Origin: a bacterium
GTDB taxonomy: Bacteria; RBG-13-61-14; DATKZS01
DNA length: 64,000 nucleotides
Direction: 5' to 3'
NCBI GenBank assembly: GCA_963674965.2
Contig: CAXXFL010000001.1
Location: 1,504,001-1,568,000, forward strand
The notes under the pieces are model-generated. The model saw only the letters and a program-made list of their open reading frames with translations, was not told where the DNA came from and made no database searches. The position numbers and the translations under genes were made by a program. This document shows positions 50,171-60,143 of the stretch, in pieces (the first letter of the stretch is position 1; each line of letters starts with the position of its first letter).

Positions 50171-51544
50171 TCAGTTCTTGAGGCTTTGCAGGGGCGCGGG
50201 TATCCTTCCCCCGTGACGCACGAACTCGCTCGCGCTTCCCACGTTTCTGACCGGCATGATCACGCTCTCGCCAAAGAGGCCCCCGAACACGGCCTTGTCT
50301 CCCGCCTTCTTGCCCGGCACGGGTATGAGCCTGAGGGCGGTGGTCTTCGAGTTGACCACTCCAATGGCGGCCTCATCGGCGATGATGGCGGACAGCGTGT
50401 CGGCGTCCACGTCGCCGGGAATGGCGATCATGTCCAGTCCCACCGAGCACACGCTGGTCATGGCCTCGAGCTTCTCGAGGGTCAGGGTCCCGTTCGCCAC
50501 CGCCGCCGCGAGGGTGCTGTCCTCACAAACCGGGATGAAGGCGCCCGACAAGCCGCCCACCGAGCTCGAGGCGAACAGGCCGCCCTTTTTTACCGCGTCG
50601 TTTAAAAGGGCCAGGGCCGCCGTGCTGCCGGGCCCGCCGATCTTGGATATGCCCATGGCCTGGAAAATCTCTCCCACCGAGTCTCCCACCTTGGGGGTGG
50701 GCGCGAGCGACAGATCGACTATCCCGAAGCTCACGCCCAACTCGGCCGCGACTTCCCTGCCGATAAGCTCGCCCACGCGGGTCACGCGAAAGGACGTGAT
50801 CTTCACCCGCTCGGCCACGTCGCCAAGGGTGGCCTGGGGGCTGGACTCCCGCAAGCGGTCCAGGGCCCTTTTGACCACGCCCGGACCGCTGACGCCGATG
50901 TTGACGACGCACTCGGGCTCGCCAGCTCCCAGGTAGGCCCCGGCCATAAAGGGGTTGTCCTCCGGGACGTTGGCGAACACGACCAGTTTGGCGCAGCCGA
51001 AGCCGTCGCGGTCCCGGGTCTTGTCCGCGATCTTCAAAATGGTCTCGCCCAGAAGGAGGATGGCGTCCATGTTGATTCCCGCGGCCGTCGAGGCCACGTT
51101 GACCGACGCGCAGACGCGCTTGGTGCGGGACAAGGCCTCGGGCAGGGACTCGATCAGGTTTCGCTCCCCCGGGGTCATGCCCTTTTGGACCAGGGCGGAG
51201 TAGCCGCCCACCAGGTCGACGCAAACCTCGCCGGCCGCGTCGTCGATGGCCTTGGCCATTTTGAGCGTTCCCGCCGGGCCGTGGGCCTCCGCCAGGGCGC
51301 TGACGGGGGAAAGGGCCAGCCTCTTGTTAACCACGGGTATGCCGTACTTGGCTCCGATTTCCTCGCAAACCGAGGCCAGACGCCCGGCCTTGGAGACGAT
51401 CTTGCGGTGGATTTTTTCGCATACCTGGTCGATCTCGGGACCGGCGCACTCGAGCAGGTTAAGGCCAAGGGTCACGGTCCTTACGTCCAGGTTCTCCTTT
51501 TGGAGCATCCGTATGGTGGTTATTATGTCCTCGGTCCTGAGCAT
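50171..51544 (-). CDS. PFL-like UPF0210/DUF711 protein
   Basis: ENLDVRTVTLG, DNPFMAGA, GVSGPGVV, DLSLAPTP, CSVGLDM, GRIPAP; start taken as ATG 51544. Confidence 0.92.
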   Translation of the reverse strand: MLRTEDIITTIRMLQKENLDVRTVTLGLNLLECAGPEIDQVCEKIHRKIVSKAGRLASVCEEIGAKYGIPVVNKRLALSPVSALAEAHGPAGTLKMAKAIDDAAGEVCVDLVGGYSALVQKGMTPGERNLIESLPEALSRTKRVCASVNVASTAAGINMDAILLLGETILKIADKTRDRDGFGCAKLVVFANVPEDNPFMAGAYLGAGEPECVVNIGVSGPGVVKRALDRLRESSPQATLGDVAERVKITSFRVTRVGELIGREVAAELGVSFGIVDLSLAPTPKVGDSVGEIFQAMGISKIGGPGSTAALALLNDAVKKGGLFASSSVGGLSGAFIPVCEDSTLAAAVANGTLTLEKLEAMTSVCSVGLDMIAIPGDVDADTLSAIIADEAAIGVVNSKTTALRLIPVPGKKAGDKAVFGGLFGESVIMPVRNVGSASEFVRHGGRIPAPLQSLKN

Positions 51545-51546
51545 GG

Positions 51547-52119
51547 CTAATTCTCGCCTCCCCGGAAGTCGACCTTTTGAGTGGCCAGGAAGATGTTCTC
51601 GTGCTGGAGATGAACCACCATCCCCTTGCCCTTGTATAGCCCCTCGATGTCTATCTGAAGCTGCCTTACGTCCTTGGCACGAGGGACCCGAAGCTGGCTG
51701 ATGAATATGAACTTGCCGTCGTCGACATAGGCGTAAAGGTCCTCGATGTTGATATTGCGGCTGGCCAGAAAACCGCATATCTTGGCGATGATGCCGGGGG
51801 AGTCCTCCCCCATGATGGAGAGCACGAACTGGTCGCAGACCTCGCAATATGGCTCGGCCGCCGAGGATTCCCAAGGCTTGATGGAAACGCTCAATTCTCC
51901 CGGGTCGCCCGACGCCTCGATCCGGGCCCGGGCCTTCTCCATGTCGGTCCCCTCTGGAAAGGAAGCCGTGATTATGATAGTGAAATAGCCGCGCATGACC
52001 GTTTGGCTCATGGCGTCGATATTGCCGCCCAGGTCCCTTATGGCCGCCGATACGCCCGCCACGATGCCGACCCGGTCGCGGCTCATGATGGACACCACGT
52101 ATTCAAGTCTTTGGGTCAT
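51547..52119 (-). CDS. Double ACT-domain protein (GcvR-like/UPF0237)
   Basis: DRVGIVA...NI..MSQT and D.PGIIA...INIEDL, QHENIF; usual DUF711 partner. Confidence 0.85.
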   Translation of the reverse strand: MTQRLEYVVSIMSRDRVGIVAGVSAAIRDLGGNIDAMSQTVMRGYFTIIITASFPEGTDMEKARARIEASGDPGELSVSIKPWESSAAEPYCEVCDQFVLSIMGEDSPGIIAKICGFLASRNINIEDLYAYVDDGKFIFISQLRVPRAKDVRQLQIDIEGLYKGKGMVVHLQHENIFLATQKVDFRGGEN

Positions 52120-52485
52120 GAATTCGCCTTTCGGACCGGAAGAATCCGGCCATGGCCGAATATGATATCACGGTTGGCCGGATTAATCAGGATTATTAGT
52201 TGAATCGCAAAGTCATTCCGGGCGAAATTTATTTACTCACGTCGAACTCTCGATCAAGTTTTTGGTGTCATGAGAAATAAAAAAATGCTCTTAAAGAAAA
52301 AATAAGGAATGACATAAAAACTTCGTAACCGATAGACTTGCTTTTGACTCTTTATAACTGAGCGCCATTACTCAAGGCCCTTTGAAAACAACCGTATAAT
52401 TTTCTTATGCTCCTTTATAAGATTAATGGCGTTCGATTGTTTTCGGGGGGCCTTTTTCTTATTATCTTATTATCGAGAATTTACC

Positions 52486-53226
52486 TTGAGACTTAAATAC
52501 CAATTGGCCATCGCCCTTTCGGCGACCGCTGTAATACTTTGCCTTTGCATGTGGCACATCCTGAACGTCAAGGAGCCCATGACCTTTTTCGATTACTTCG
52601 TGCTGGATATTGCCACAATTCCCGTTCAGGTGATACTGGTGGGCGTCATCATCGAGCGTCTTTTACACGAGCGGGAAAAGAGGGCCATGATCAAGAAGCT
52701 CAACATGGTGGTGGGCGCCTTTTTTTCCGATACAGGCTACGAGCTTCTGCGGAGGATATCCTCTTTTTGTCCCGAGACCCCGGAGTTTTACGAGAAACTG
52801 GCCCTGGGTCTCGACTGGAAGGAAAAGGATTTCCGGGAGGCCTTAAAAACCTGCCAGGCCAGGAAGTCCAAGCCGGAGGCCTCGGCCGAGGACCTGGAGG
52901 GCCTGAAAGTTTTCATGGCCGAGAAGATGACCTTTATCCTTCGCCTGCTCCAGAACCCGAACCTTCTGGAGCACGACCGGTTCACCGATCTTTTGTGGGC
53001 CGTGACTCACATGACCGAGGAACTCATGGCGAGGGACGATCTTCTCCATGCTCCCCCGTCCGACCTGTCCCATTTATCTGGCGACGTCTCCCGGGCATAC
53101 ACGCTGCTAATCCGTGAGTGGCTCTCTTACATGAGACACCTTAAGACGGAGTACCCCTATATCTATTCTTTGTCCGTTCGGACCAATCCCTTTAAGAAGG
53201 ACGCCAGGGCCGCTATCGAGGAATAA
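52486..53226 (+). CDS. Conserved hypothetical membrane protein
   Basis: Two N-terminal TMs; KLNMVVGAFFS, NPNLLEHDRFTDLLWAV, YPYIYSL...NPF; start uncertain. Confidence 0.7.
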   Translation: MRLKYQLAIALSATAVILCLCMWHILNVKEPMTFFDYFVLDIATIPVQVILVGVIIERLLHEREKRAMIKKLNMVVGAFFSDTGYELLRRISSFCPETPEFYEKLALGLDWKEKDFREALKTCQARKSKPEASAEDLEGLKVFMAEKMTFILRLLQNPNLLEHDRFTDLLWAVTHMTEELMARDDLLHAPPSDLSHLSGDVSRAYTLLIREWLSYMRHLKTEYPYIYSLSVRTNPFKKDARAAIEE

Positions 53227-53335
53227 GCCGGACTTGTTAGGACTCTCGTCCTCATGCTAATCTTGGATAGTAACTTCCGGACCCGGGGCAGCCGGAAGCT
53301 TTCAATCACCATCTATATCAAAGGAGACGGTATTA

Positions 53336-54250
53336 ATGGAAGGCGGCGTTCTGACCGATTATATAATACCTTCTTGCCTGGCCCTGATGATGGTCGGCTT
53401 GGGCATGACCCTGACGATCGATGATTTCAAGCGCGTGGCCGTCTACCCGAAAGCGACGGCCTTGGGCGTGGTCTTTCAGATAATCTGCCTGCCCCTGGTC
53501 GGGTTCGCCCTGGCGTCCGTTTTCCCGCTTACGCAGGAGTTGGCCGTGGGGGTGATGCTCCTGGCAGCCTGCCCCGGGGGAGTGGCCTCGAACATCATTA
53601 CCCACCTGGCCAAGGGAGACACGGCCCTGGCCGTGACCCTGACCATCATCAGCAGCGCCATATCGCTTATCACCATCCCGCTTATCGTCAGCCTCAGCCT
53701 TACTCGCTTTATGGGAGTTAACTCGGAGGTTTCCCTTCCCATCCTGGACACCATCCTCAAGGTTTTCGCCCTGACCGTTCCCACGGTGATCACGGGCATG
53801 ATCATCAAGGCCAAGGCCGAGAACTTCGCCGCGAAAACGGAGCGGATAGTTAATCTGGGCGGCCTTTTTTTCCTGATCTTCCTGATCGTGGGCGTCGCCA
53901 TAAGCGAAAGGGAGACCATATTCGGAGAGGCGCTCAACGTGGGTCCCGTGACGCTGACCCTTTGCGTCCTTACCACCATCCTTTCCTACCTGGGAGCGAG
54001 GGCCTTTTCCATCTCCGTCGCGGGGAGCGTCTCGGTGGCCATCTGCACGGGCTTCCAGAACAGCGCCCTGGCCCTGGTGATCGCAACCAGCTTCCTCAAA
54101 AACGCCCAGATAGCCATAGCCCCAGCCGTTTACACGGTGGTCATGTACGCGACGGCCGGGGCCATCGTGGGTTATATGAACTTGAGAGGGCCCTTGGAAG
54201 ACCGGGATGATGAGCCTTCCGTCCTGGACGTGGAGTTGGATGAGGGGTAA
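53336..54250 (+). CDS. Bile acid:sodium symporter (BASS) family transporter
   Basis: GLGMTLT..DF, ACPGG..SN, AKGDTAL, QNSALA. Confidence 0.9.
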   Translation: MEGGVLTDYIIPSCLALMMVGLGMTLTIDDFKRVAVYPKATALGVVFQIICLPLVGFALASVFPLTQELAVGVMLLAACPGGVASNIITHLAKGDTALAVTLTIISSAISLITIPLIVSLSLTRFMGVNSEVSLPILDTILKVFALTVPTVITGMIIKAKAENFAAKTERIVNLGGLFFLIFLIVGVAISERETIFGEALNVGPVTLTLCVLTTILSYLGARAFSISVAGSVSVAICTGFQNSALALVIATSFLKNAQIAIAPAVYTVVMYATAGAIVGYMNLRGPLEDRDDEPSVLDVELDEG

Positions 54251-54277
54251 GGAGGGCCGAGCGCCGCCCGCCCGCGA

Positions 54278-55357
54278 TCACTTTTTGTAGAACTTGTCCT
54301 TTTTGCCGACCACGCCCAGACCCGGCATTTCGATTTTTCTTTCCGGGTCGCTCACGGCCTTTCCGATGGTCCAGGACTCGAGTCCGTGCTCCTTGAAGAT
54401 CGATGCCACCTTGTCCGCCTCGCCGGGAGCGCACACCACGCACATGCCCACGCCGAGGTTATAAGTGTTGGCCATCTCAGCGTTGGATACTCCGCCTTCT
54501 TTCTGGATCAGCTTAAAAATTGCCGGCCACTCGGGCATGTCGTCCAGCACGAAGCCCACCTTGGAGCGGACCCGCTGGAGGTTCCTGAAGCCCTCGCCCG
54601 TTATATGGATCAGGGCCTTGACCGTCTTGGTTTTTTTCAGGATTTCCAGCACGGGTTTTACGTAGATCACGGTGGGCTCGAGAAGGGCCTCGCCCGCGGT
54701 GACGCCAAGCTCATCCACGCGCTCGTCCACTTTCCACTTGCCGAGTATGACCTTGCGGGCCAGGGTGTAGCCGTTCGAGTGGAGGCCCGAGCTGGACGCG
54801 CCCACCACCACGTCTCCGGCCAGAATGTTCTCGCCCACGATCATGTCGCAAAGGCTGACCACGCCGAAGGCCGTGCCCACCAGGTCGAAGCCCTTGCCCG
54901 GGCGCGTTCCCTTGATCATCTCCCGAAGCTGGGCCACCTCGCCCGCCGGGATGGATATGCCCGCCTGGAGCGCGCCATCGTAAAGGCCCTTGCCGATCTC
55001 GCCCAATATGGGGCCCTCGGCGTCCTCGACCGCGATATAATCGAGCATGGCCAGGGGCTTGGCCCCCACGCAAATAAGGTCGTTCACGTTCATGGCCACG
55101 CAGTCGATGCCCACCGTGTCGTAGCGGCCCATCATCTCCGCCACCAGGAGCTTGGTCCCCACCCCGTCCGTGCTCATGGCTATGCCCAGGCCGTGGCCCA
55201 CGTCGATCACGGTGGCGTAAAGGCCGACCTCGGCCACTACCTCGGGATGGCCCTCCATGCTTTTGTTCACCCAGTGGAGAAGGGTCTTGAAGGACCCCTC
55301 CTCGCCGATGCTGATCACGCCCGAGTCCTTATATGTCATTCCCTTGTCGTCGCTCAT
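54278..55357 (-). CDS. purM: Phosphoribosylformylglycinamidine cyclo-ligase (AIR synthetase)
   Basis: TDGVGTK, GIDCVAMNVND, SSGLHSNGY, LLEPT.IY, HITG.G, YNLGVGM. Confidence 0.92.
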   Translation of the reverse strand: MSDDKGMTYKDSGVISIGEEGSFKTLLHWVNKSMEGHPEVVAEVGLYATVIDVGHGLGIAMSTDGVGTKLLVAEMMGRYDTVGIDCVAMNVNDLICVGAKPLAMLDYIAVEDAEGPILGEIGKGLYDGALQAGISIPAGEVAQLREMIKGTRPGKGFDLVGTAFGVVSLCDMIVGENILAGDVVVGASSSGLHSNGYTLARKVILGKWKVDERVDELGVTAGEALLEPTVIYVKPVLEILKKTKTVKALIHITGEGFRNLQRVRSKVGFVLDDMPEWPAIFKLIQKEGGVSNAEMANTYNLGVGMCVVCAPGEADKVASIFKEHGLESWTIGKAVSDPERKIEMPGLGVVGKKDKFYKK

Positions 55358-55470
55358 GTAAATCCCTCCAGGAAGTCAGGGTACTTGTTGCCTTCCAGGC
55401 GCGGCGAAATCCTTGCCCGCCAACTGCAATGATTATAACCCACGATCCAAAAAGGCCAAGCGCTACCACG

Positions 55471-57177
55471 TCAGCGAGGCTCTTCCGCTTTATATTTGCC
55501 GTAATCGATCTTGAAAATTATCGTTCTTCCCCGCGAGAAGACAGGCTCGAAAACTCCAGGAAGACCGCTCGTGATTTCCAGGAACAACCGGGCAACGCCC
55601 GGGGAGGTCTCGTCGATTAACGCGTGAGTCGCTCCCATTTCCCGTAACGCCGCCATGAACTTCTCGGGTCTCATCTCGGCGGGAAACTGCAAGGCCATGC
55701 CGCCGGAATAATAAGCCACCAAGCGCGGCTTCCTGGCCAGAACCACGGACTCCTTGGGCAGGTTGCCTCCCATCCATATGGACGCGGCGATCAATTTATG
55801 GTTTTTCATGGCGGGCCCGGCCGGGTCGGAGGAGGCCAGCCAGTCGGGATACTGATACCACCTGCCCCAATTAATATCACCGTCCGGGGAACGGCCCGCT
55901 TCTATGGAACTCCCCTCACCCTCGCCGAGGATATCCATGACGATGGTAGTGGTGGGAGCTTTATAAACCAGAGAAAGGTCCGACGCGAAAATAAATAGAT
56001 TAAAAATAAGCGCCGAACCCAGAAGAAAAAACGGCGCCAATCGCGTCCCGCGTGAGCCCGTGATCTCGGCGTCATCATGGCTGGAGGGCAAGGCAGCCGA
56101 AAAAGCAAAAATAATCGCCAAAGGGACAAGGGGAACGAGATATCTTGAATAGTGGCTCTGCCACGCGCAGATGATAAGCATATAGAAAAGAAAGTAACAT
56201 TCCATCGGCCCCCTCTCCCTTGGAAGTCGCCGGGCAAATCCGATGGCGACGGGAATAAGGAAGAGGGCGGCCAGGCCCAGTTTTACCGGCCCAGGAGTGA
56301 GAGACTCGCCCATGTCCAGGATTATTGCCGATGATTCCCGAAAATAAGCCCCGCCTCCCTTTAAGGCGCGTCGAGCCAGGCCGGCAATCCCGAGCGATCC
56401 GGCAAAGGGGTCCGACTCCCGGGCCATGAAAAGCTTTTGCGCGTGAGAGGCGTCAACATCGCCGGCCACTAGTACGTTGCGGACCGACCAGGACCCCGCA
56501 AATAATAAGAACCCGGCAAGCAGCCAAGCGGCCGCCTTGCCCTTGTCCTTGAGACTCATTCCTTTGGCCAGGAAAATGGCCATTATCCCCGCCGAGGGAA
56601 GGGCGAGCGCCACGTGTCGGAATAGAAAGGCCCCTCCCGCCGCCATTCCGGCCAATAGCCATGGACGAGCTTTTATAGGTACATCACGACGGAAAGCGTA
56701 TAGATTCAGGCAAAGCGCGGCCAAGGACATTGCCGTATAGGGAAGGTCCGATAATATTAAATTCGAGAACCGGGCCAGATGGGGCGTTGAAGCCGCAATA
56801 AGAGCCGCCGCCGCGGCCCATCCGGCGGACAAACCCGGCAAGGCCAGGCGCGCCAGGCGATAAGTAAGAATAACCAAGGCGAAAAGCGAGACGATGCCGA
56901 TCCATTTATAATTCCCGGCCTCAAGCGGTCCTCCTCCCGGGGTCATGGCCAGCAGGGCTGGAAGGGCGGGTCCATACTCGGTATGAGGCGGAGCTCCGGG
57001 CTTTTCGATCTCGGCGAAACCATTGCCCTCGGACAGCGCCTCGCCTAAAAGGAGGAACCTGGCCGAATCTCCCGATAGGTCAGCCATATCGTCGGACAAG
57101 AAAAAAAGTGAAAATATAAAGCCGACGGCGAAGGCTGCCGCCAGGATTAAACGATGTATGTTTGGACGACGAATCAT
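55471..57177 (-). CDS. ArnT/PMT-like (GT-C) membrane glycosyltransferase
   Basis: GDSA.FLLLGEAL..G.G, YGPALPALL, LSDLPY, RYLVPLVP; about 11 TMs plus soluble tail. Confidence 0.7.
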   Translation of the reverse strand: MIRRPNIHRLILAAAFAVGFIFSLFFLSDDMADLSGDSARFLLLGEALSEGNGFAEIEKPGAPPHTEYGPALPALLAMTPGGGPLEAGNYKWIGIVSLFALVILTYRLARLALPGLSAGWAAAAALIAASTPHLARFSNLILSDLPYTAMSLAALCLNLYAFRRDVPIKARPWLLAGMAAGGAFLFRHVALALPSAGIMAIFLAKGMSLKDKGKAAAWLLAGFLLFAGSWSVRNVLVAGDVDASHAQKLFMARESDPFAGSLGIAGLARRALKGGGAYFRESSAIILDMGESLTPGPVKLGLAALFLIPVAIGFARRLPRERGPMECYFLFYMLIICAWQSHYSRYLVPLVPLAIIFAFSAALPSSHDDAEITGSRGTRLAPFFLLGSALIFNLFIFASDLSLVYKAPTTTIVMDILGEGEGSSIEAGRSPDGDINWGRWYQYPDWLASSDPAGPAMKNHKLIAASIWMGGNLPKESVVLARKPRLVAYYSGGMALQFPAEMRPEKFMAALREMGATHALIDETSPGVARLFLEITSGLPGVFEPVFSRGRTIIFKIDYGKYKAEEPR

Positions 57178-57489
57178 ATTTTCGGCGCCTTGCGGCTTGC
57201 CCCAACTCGAGCGTTATGATGAAATCTATCAGTGGCTATCTCGCCAGTCAATCTCCGTGGATTTCTTCCGCCCTTTCTTTTGCGCCAATATAGGATTCGG
57301 CGTCAAGACTATGGGCGTGGATTACAAGCCGCGCTATCCGGACGCGTCAATCGTCAAGCAAGGCCCGGGACTCGGCCTGGCCCTTGTTTCGCTTAATGAA
57401 AAATGAATAATTTTAGGTTATCATCCTTAAATAAGATTTCGCCCCTTGGCGTTTAGCTATTAGCTCCCGCGGCGGATATCTTTTAACTA

Positions 57490-59253
57490 GTTTCTGTTGC
57501 ACAACTGCTTAATGGCTTTCATTATGCGGTGCGGAGAGGATATGGACATGCAGATTTTCAGGGCGTCCATAAAGGACGGAAAAGATTTTAACGCTTTCAG
57601 GCGAGTTGAATGCCTGAGCCGGCCCTTTTCTATCCTTTCAAAAAACACCTCTCCTTTTGCTGTTTTTCATTTCCGTTTTTCATTGCCCCCACAGGGGCGC
57701 GCCCGGCGGCGGCTAAGTCAGCAGCGCGAGTTTTCGAAGGTTCCAGGCAAAGAACGAAAGACCCACCCAGGACTTGAAGCTCTCGAAACCTCTCCACAGG
57801 CATCGGCTCAGACCGAAGCCGCGAAGAAGGGCGGAAAGGCCGCCCTCGATCCCGGCCCGGAAGCGAAGAAGCTTCTTGAACCAGCGCTGACGCTCGTGCT
57901 CGATCCGCTCCGAACTCCTTTTGCCGGGCTTGGGAATGGCCAGGCGCTCGATATAATAAGGACCTTCGGTCGCAAGCTTCTCATTGTCCTCATGATAGAA
58001 GCGGCGGTCGCCGGTAAACTCGCGTGGAGCCTTGCCGAACAGGCGGACGTGTTTTTGCAAAATGTCCTCGAAAAGGTCGGCGTCGGAAGGGTTGCCCTCG
58101 CACACTTTATATTGAAGCACAATCCCCGACCTTCCCGTCGCCGCCATCACCTTGTGACCGAACTCGGTCGGGCTCATGGTCTTGCCTCTCCGGATGATAT
58201 CAACGTGCGGCTCGAAAACGGAAACCACCTTCTCTTGCGCGGGAACCTTCTCGCCTTTTATAACCCGCCGCTCGCACTGCTCGACGCACTGCTCAGAAAG
58301 CGGCAGGTAATGATCGAGTTCGCTCTTGATCATGGTTGCCAGGCCCGCATCGCTGAAATAAAGCTCTCCGCCTTTAAGGGCCTCGTCCAGCGCCTCCCGC
58401 GCCGAGCGGGCCATGGCCAAGATTTCCGCCGAAACCTTGAGAAGGTCCCGGTACCAGACCGCCCGTTTCTTCTCGATCCCTTTGCCTTTGCCCATGGCGA
58501 TCTGGTAAGCGCGCTTCTTGGCCCGCCGAGTCCGGTCATGATATTCGAACCCGAGACCCGGCAGCTCCTTCCGCGCTCCTTTCATCAACCGGTCCAATAC
58601 ACGGATGCTGTCAAAAAGAAGCGAAGCGTCGGTCGGATAGTGGATGTTGGCCTCGGCCACCGCGGTGTCAGCGCGGACCGCCTCGCCGTCTTCTACTTTT
58701 TTTTTAATGGCCAGGGCCACGAGCATTTCGTTGATCCGCTCCCAGGTCTCGGGGCGGATGCGTTTTATCGCCCGCTCCAGGCTGCTGAAATGGGGAATGT
58801 CCCGCCCGAAGAACCTGGTGAACTTGCGGAAATTGTAATCGGAACCGAGGCGGTCGCCGAGTTCCCGGTAGGAATAACACTTGAGTTGATAGATGACCGC
58901 GCTCCTAAGGACCTGCTCGACGCTCATCCCCTCGGCGCCGGTCTCCTTGAGTCCGCTTTGGAGATCATCGGCAACAGCTTCCAGAATTTCCTTGGCCTCG
59001 TCGAGCGCTATGCTCATCTTCTCAAGCTCAGTGTCTTGTTTGAAAAGATGGCCCGCTTTCAAAAATTCGTGGTCTTCAATGGTCATTTGCATTTTAATTT
59101 TCGGTCGCATTTTTCGCCCCCTTCACAGCATCCCGGCAAGTCAATCCTTGATTTTTCAAGGAGTTATTGTATCATATCAAGACCAAAAAGGGAAGCGAAA
59201 AATGCTTACAGCACATTGTTTTTATTGGCTTTTTCTAGTTGCGCAACTGGAAC
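57490..59253 (-). mobile_element. Complete 1764-bp insertion sequence (ISNCY/IS5-like)
   Basis: 17-bp TIRs GTTTCTGTTGCACAACT / AGTTGCGCAACTGGAAC (3 mismatches); TAACTA duplicated at 57484-57489 and 59254-59259. Confidence 0.88.
57713..59110 (-). CDS. DDE transposase
   Basis: ADT.VAEANIHYPTD, EFGHK, GNPSD, GDRRF, FRAGIEG.LS.L.R.FGL. Confidence 0.92.
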   Translation of the reverse strand: MRPKIKMQMTIEDHEFLKAGHLFKQDTELEKMSIALDEAKEILEAVADDLQSGLKETGAEGMSVEQVLRSAVIYQLKCYSYRELGDRLGSDYNFRKFTRFFGRDIPHFSSLERAIKRIRPETWERINEMLVALAIKKKVEDGEAVRADTAVAEANIHYPTDASLLFDSIRVLDRLMKGARKELPGLGFEYHDRTRRAKKRAYQIAMGKGKGIEKKRAVWYRDLLKVSAEILAMARSAREALDEALKGGELYFSDAGLATMIKSELDHYLPLSEQCVEQCERRVIKGEKVPAQEKVVSVFEPHVDIIRRGKTMSPTEFGHKVMAATGRSGIVLQYKVCEGNPSDADLFEDILQKHVRLFGKAPREFTGDRRFYHEDNEKLATEGPYYIERLAIPKPGKRSSERIEHERQRWFKKLLRFRAGIEGGLSALLRGFGLSRCLWRGFESFKSWVGLSFFAWNLRKLALLT

Positions 59254-59308
59254 TAACTAAGTATAAACGCCGATATAAACGGCATATTTCGATAGAGGGA
59301 GGATTTGC

Positions 59309-60097
59309 ATGAATTTTATCAAAGGCCGCGCCAATAGGGCGCCAATCTCGATTTGCCTTGCTTTCCTTGTCTTCTTCGTGGCCGCGTATCCCGCTTTTGC
59401 CGAGGGGGTCAACGACGGCAAGAAGCGGGAGTACGTCATTCGCCAGGTGGACCAGGGCGCGAAGGACGACAACGCTGACCGAAAATTTTTTAACGTAAAC
59501 GAGTTTACCACCTGGGTGGAGGAAACGACCTACGAGGGCCAAAAGGCGTACACCTTTAAAAGGGTGGACAAAACCCTGGAGGGAGACGTCCTGGACTGGA
59601 CCGTAATCATTTCCGCCTCGGACAACTCCATATATAAAGTCGAGCGGACCATAACGACGCGGGAGGGAAAGCGTCTCGAGTCCCGGCAGGAGTATTACTC
59701 GAACCATTTCCATAAGTACGCGGGCAAGAGTTTTCCACCCGTCATGCTTCCCTTCGTCATGCAGTACCTGGACCTGACGGAGGGAGCCTCTCACGAGTGC
59801 AGCTTCGTTTTCAGTCCTGAATGGGACGGCTGGCCCATGTACCTTCACGTGGAGGGCCGGGAAACCATTACCGTGCCCGCGGGGACTTTCGATTGCATCA
59901 AGGTCAGGATCGAGTATAAAAAGGACAACCTGCCCGGCATTTTCAAGTATATTCCCAGCTTCATGGCCAAGCGCCTGATTTCCGATCTTTACATGTGGGT
60001 GGACGCCGATTCCCCCCACGCCATGGTGAAGCTACAGGGAAAGATCGAGGGGTTCGCCTCCCCGGAAAAGGTCCAGGAGCTTACAAAGGTCTACTGA
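59309..60097 (+). CDS. Exported hypothetical protein (DUF3108-like)
   Basis: Signal peptide ending AFA; GRETITVPAGTFDCIKV motif. Confidence 0.7.
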   Translation: MNFIKGRANRAPISICLAFLVFFVAAYPAFAEGVNDGKKREYVIRQVDQGAKDDNADRKFFNVNEFTTWVEETTYEGQKAYTFKRVDKTLEGDVLDWTVIISASDNSIYKVERTITTREGKRLESRQEYYSNHFHKYAGKSFPPVMLPFVMQYLDLTEGASHECSFVFSPEWDGWPMYLHVEGRETITVPAGTFDCIKVRIEYKKDNLPGIFKYIPSFMAKRLISDLYMWVDADSPHAMVKLQGKIEGFASPEKVQELTKVY

Positions 60098-60105
60098 AGG
60101 GTCTC

Positions 60106-60134
60106 GCCGGCCCGGGCGACGCGGCCGGGCCGGC
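60106..60134. terminator. Hairpin between convergent genes
   Basis: GCCGGCCCGG / CCGGGCCGGC perfect 10-bp stem; weak U tail. Confidence 0.5.
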
Positions 60135-60143
60135 TTCTAAACG

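Noticed and set aside
57497-59260. 587-aa ORF spanning the IS
   Set aside because: Antisense shadow of the transposase; no recognisable motif or RBS
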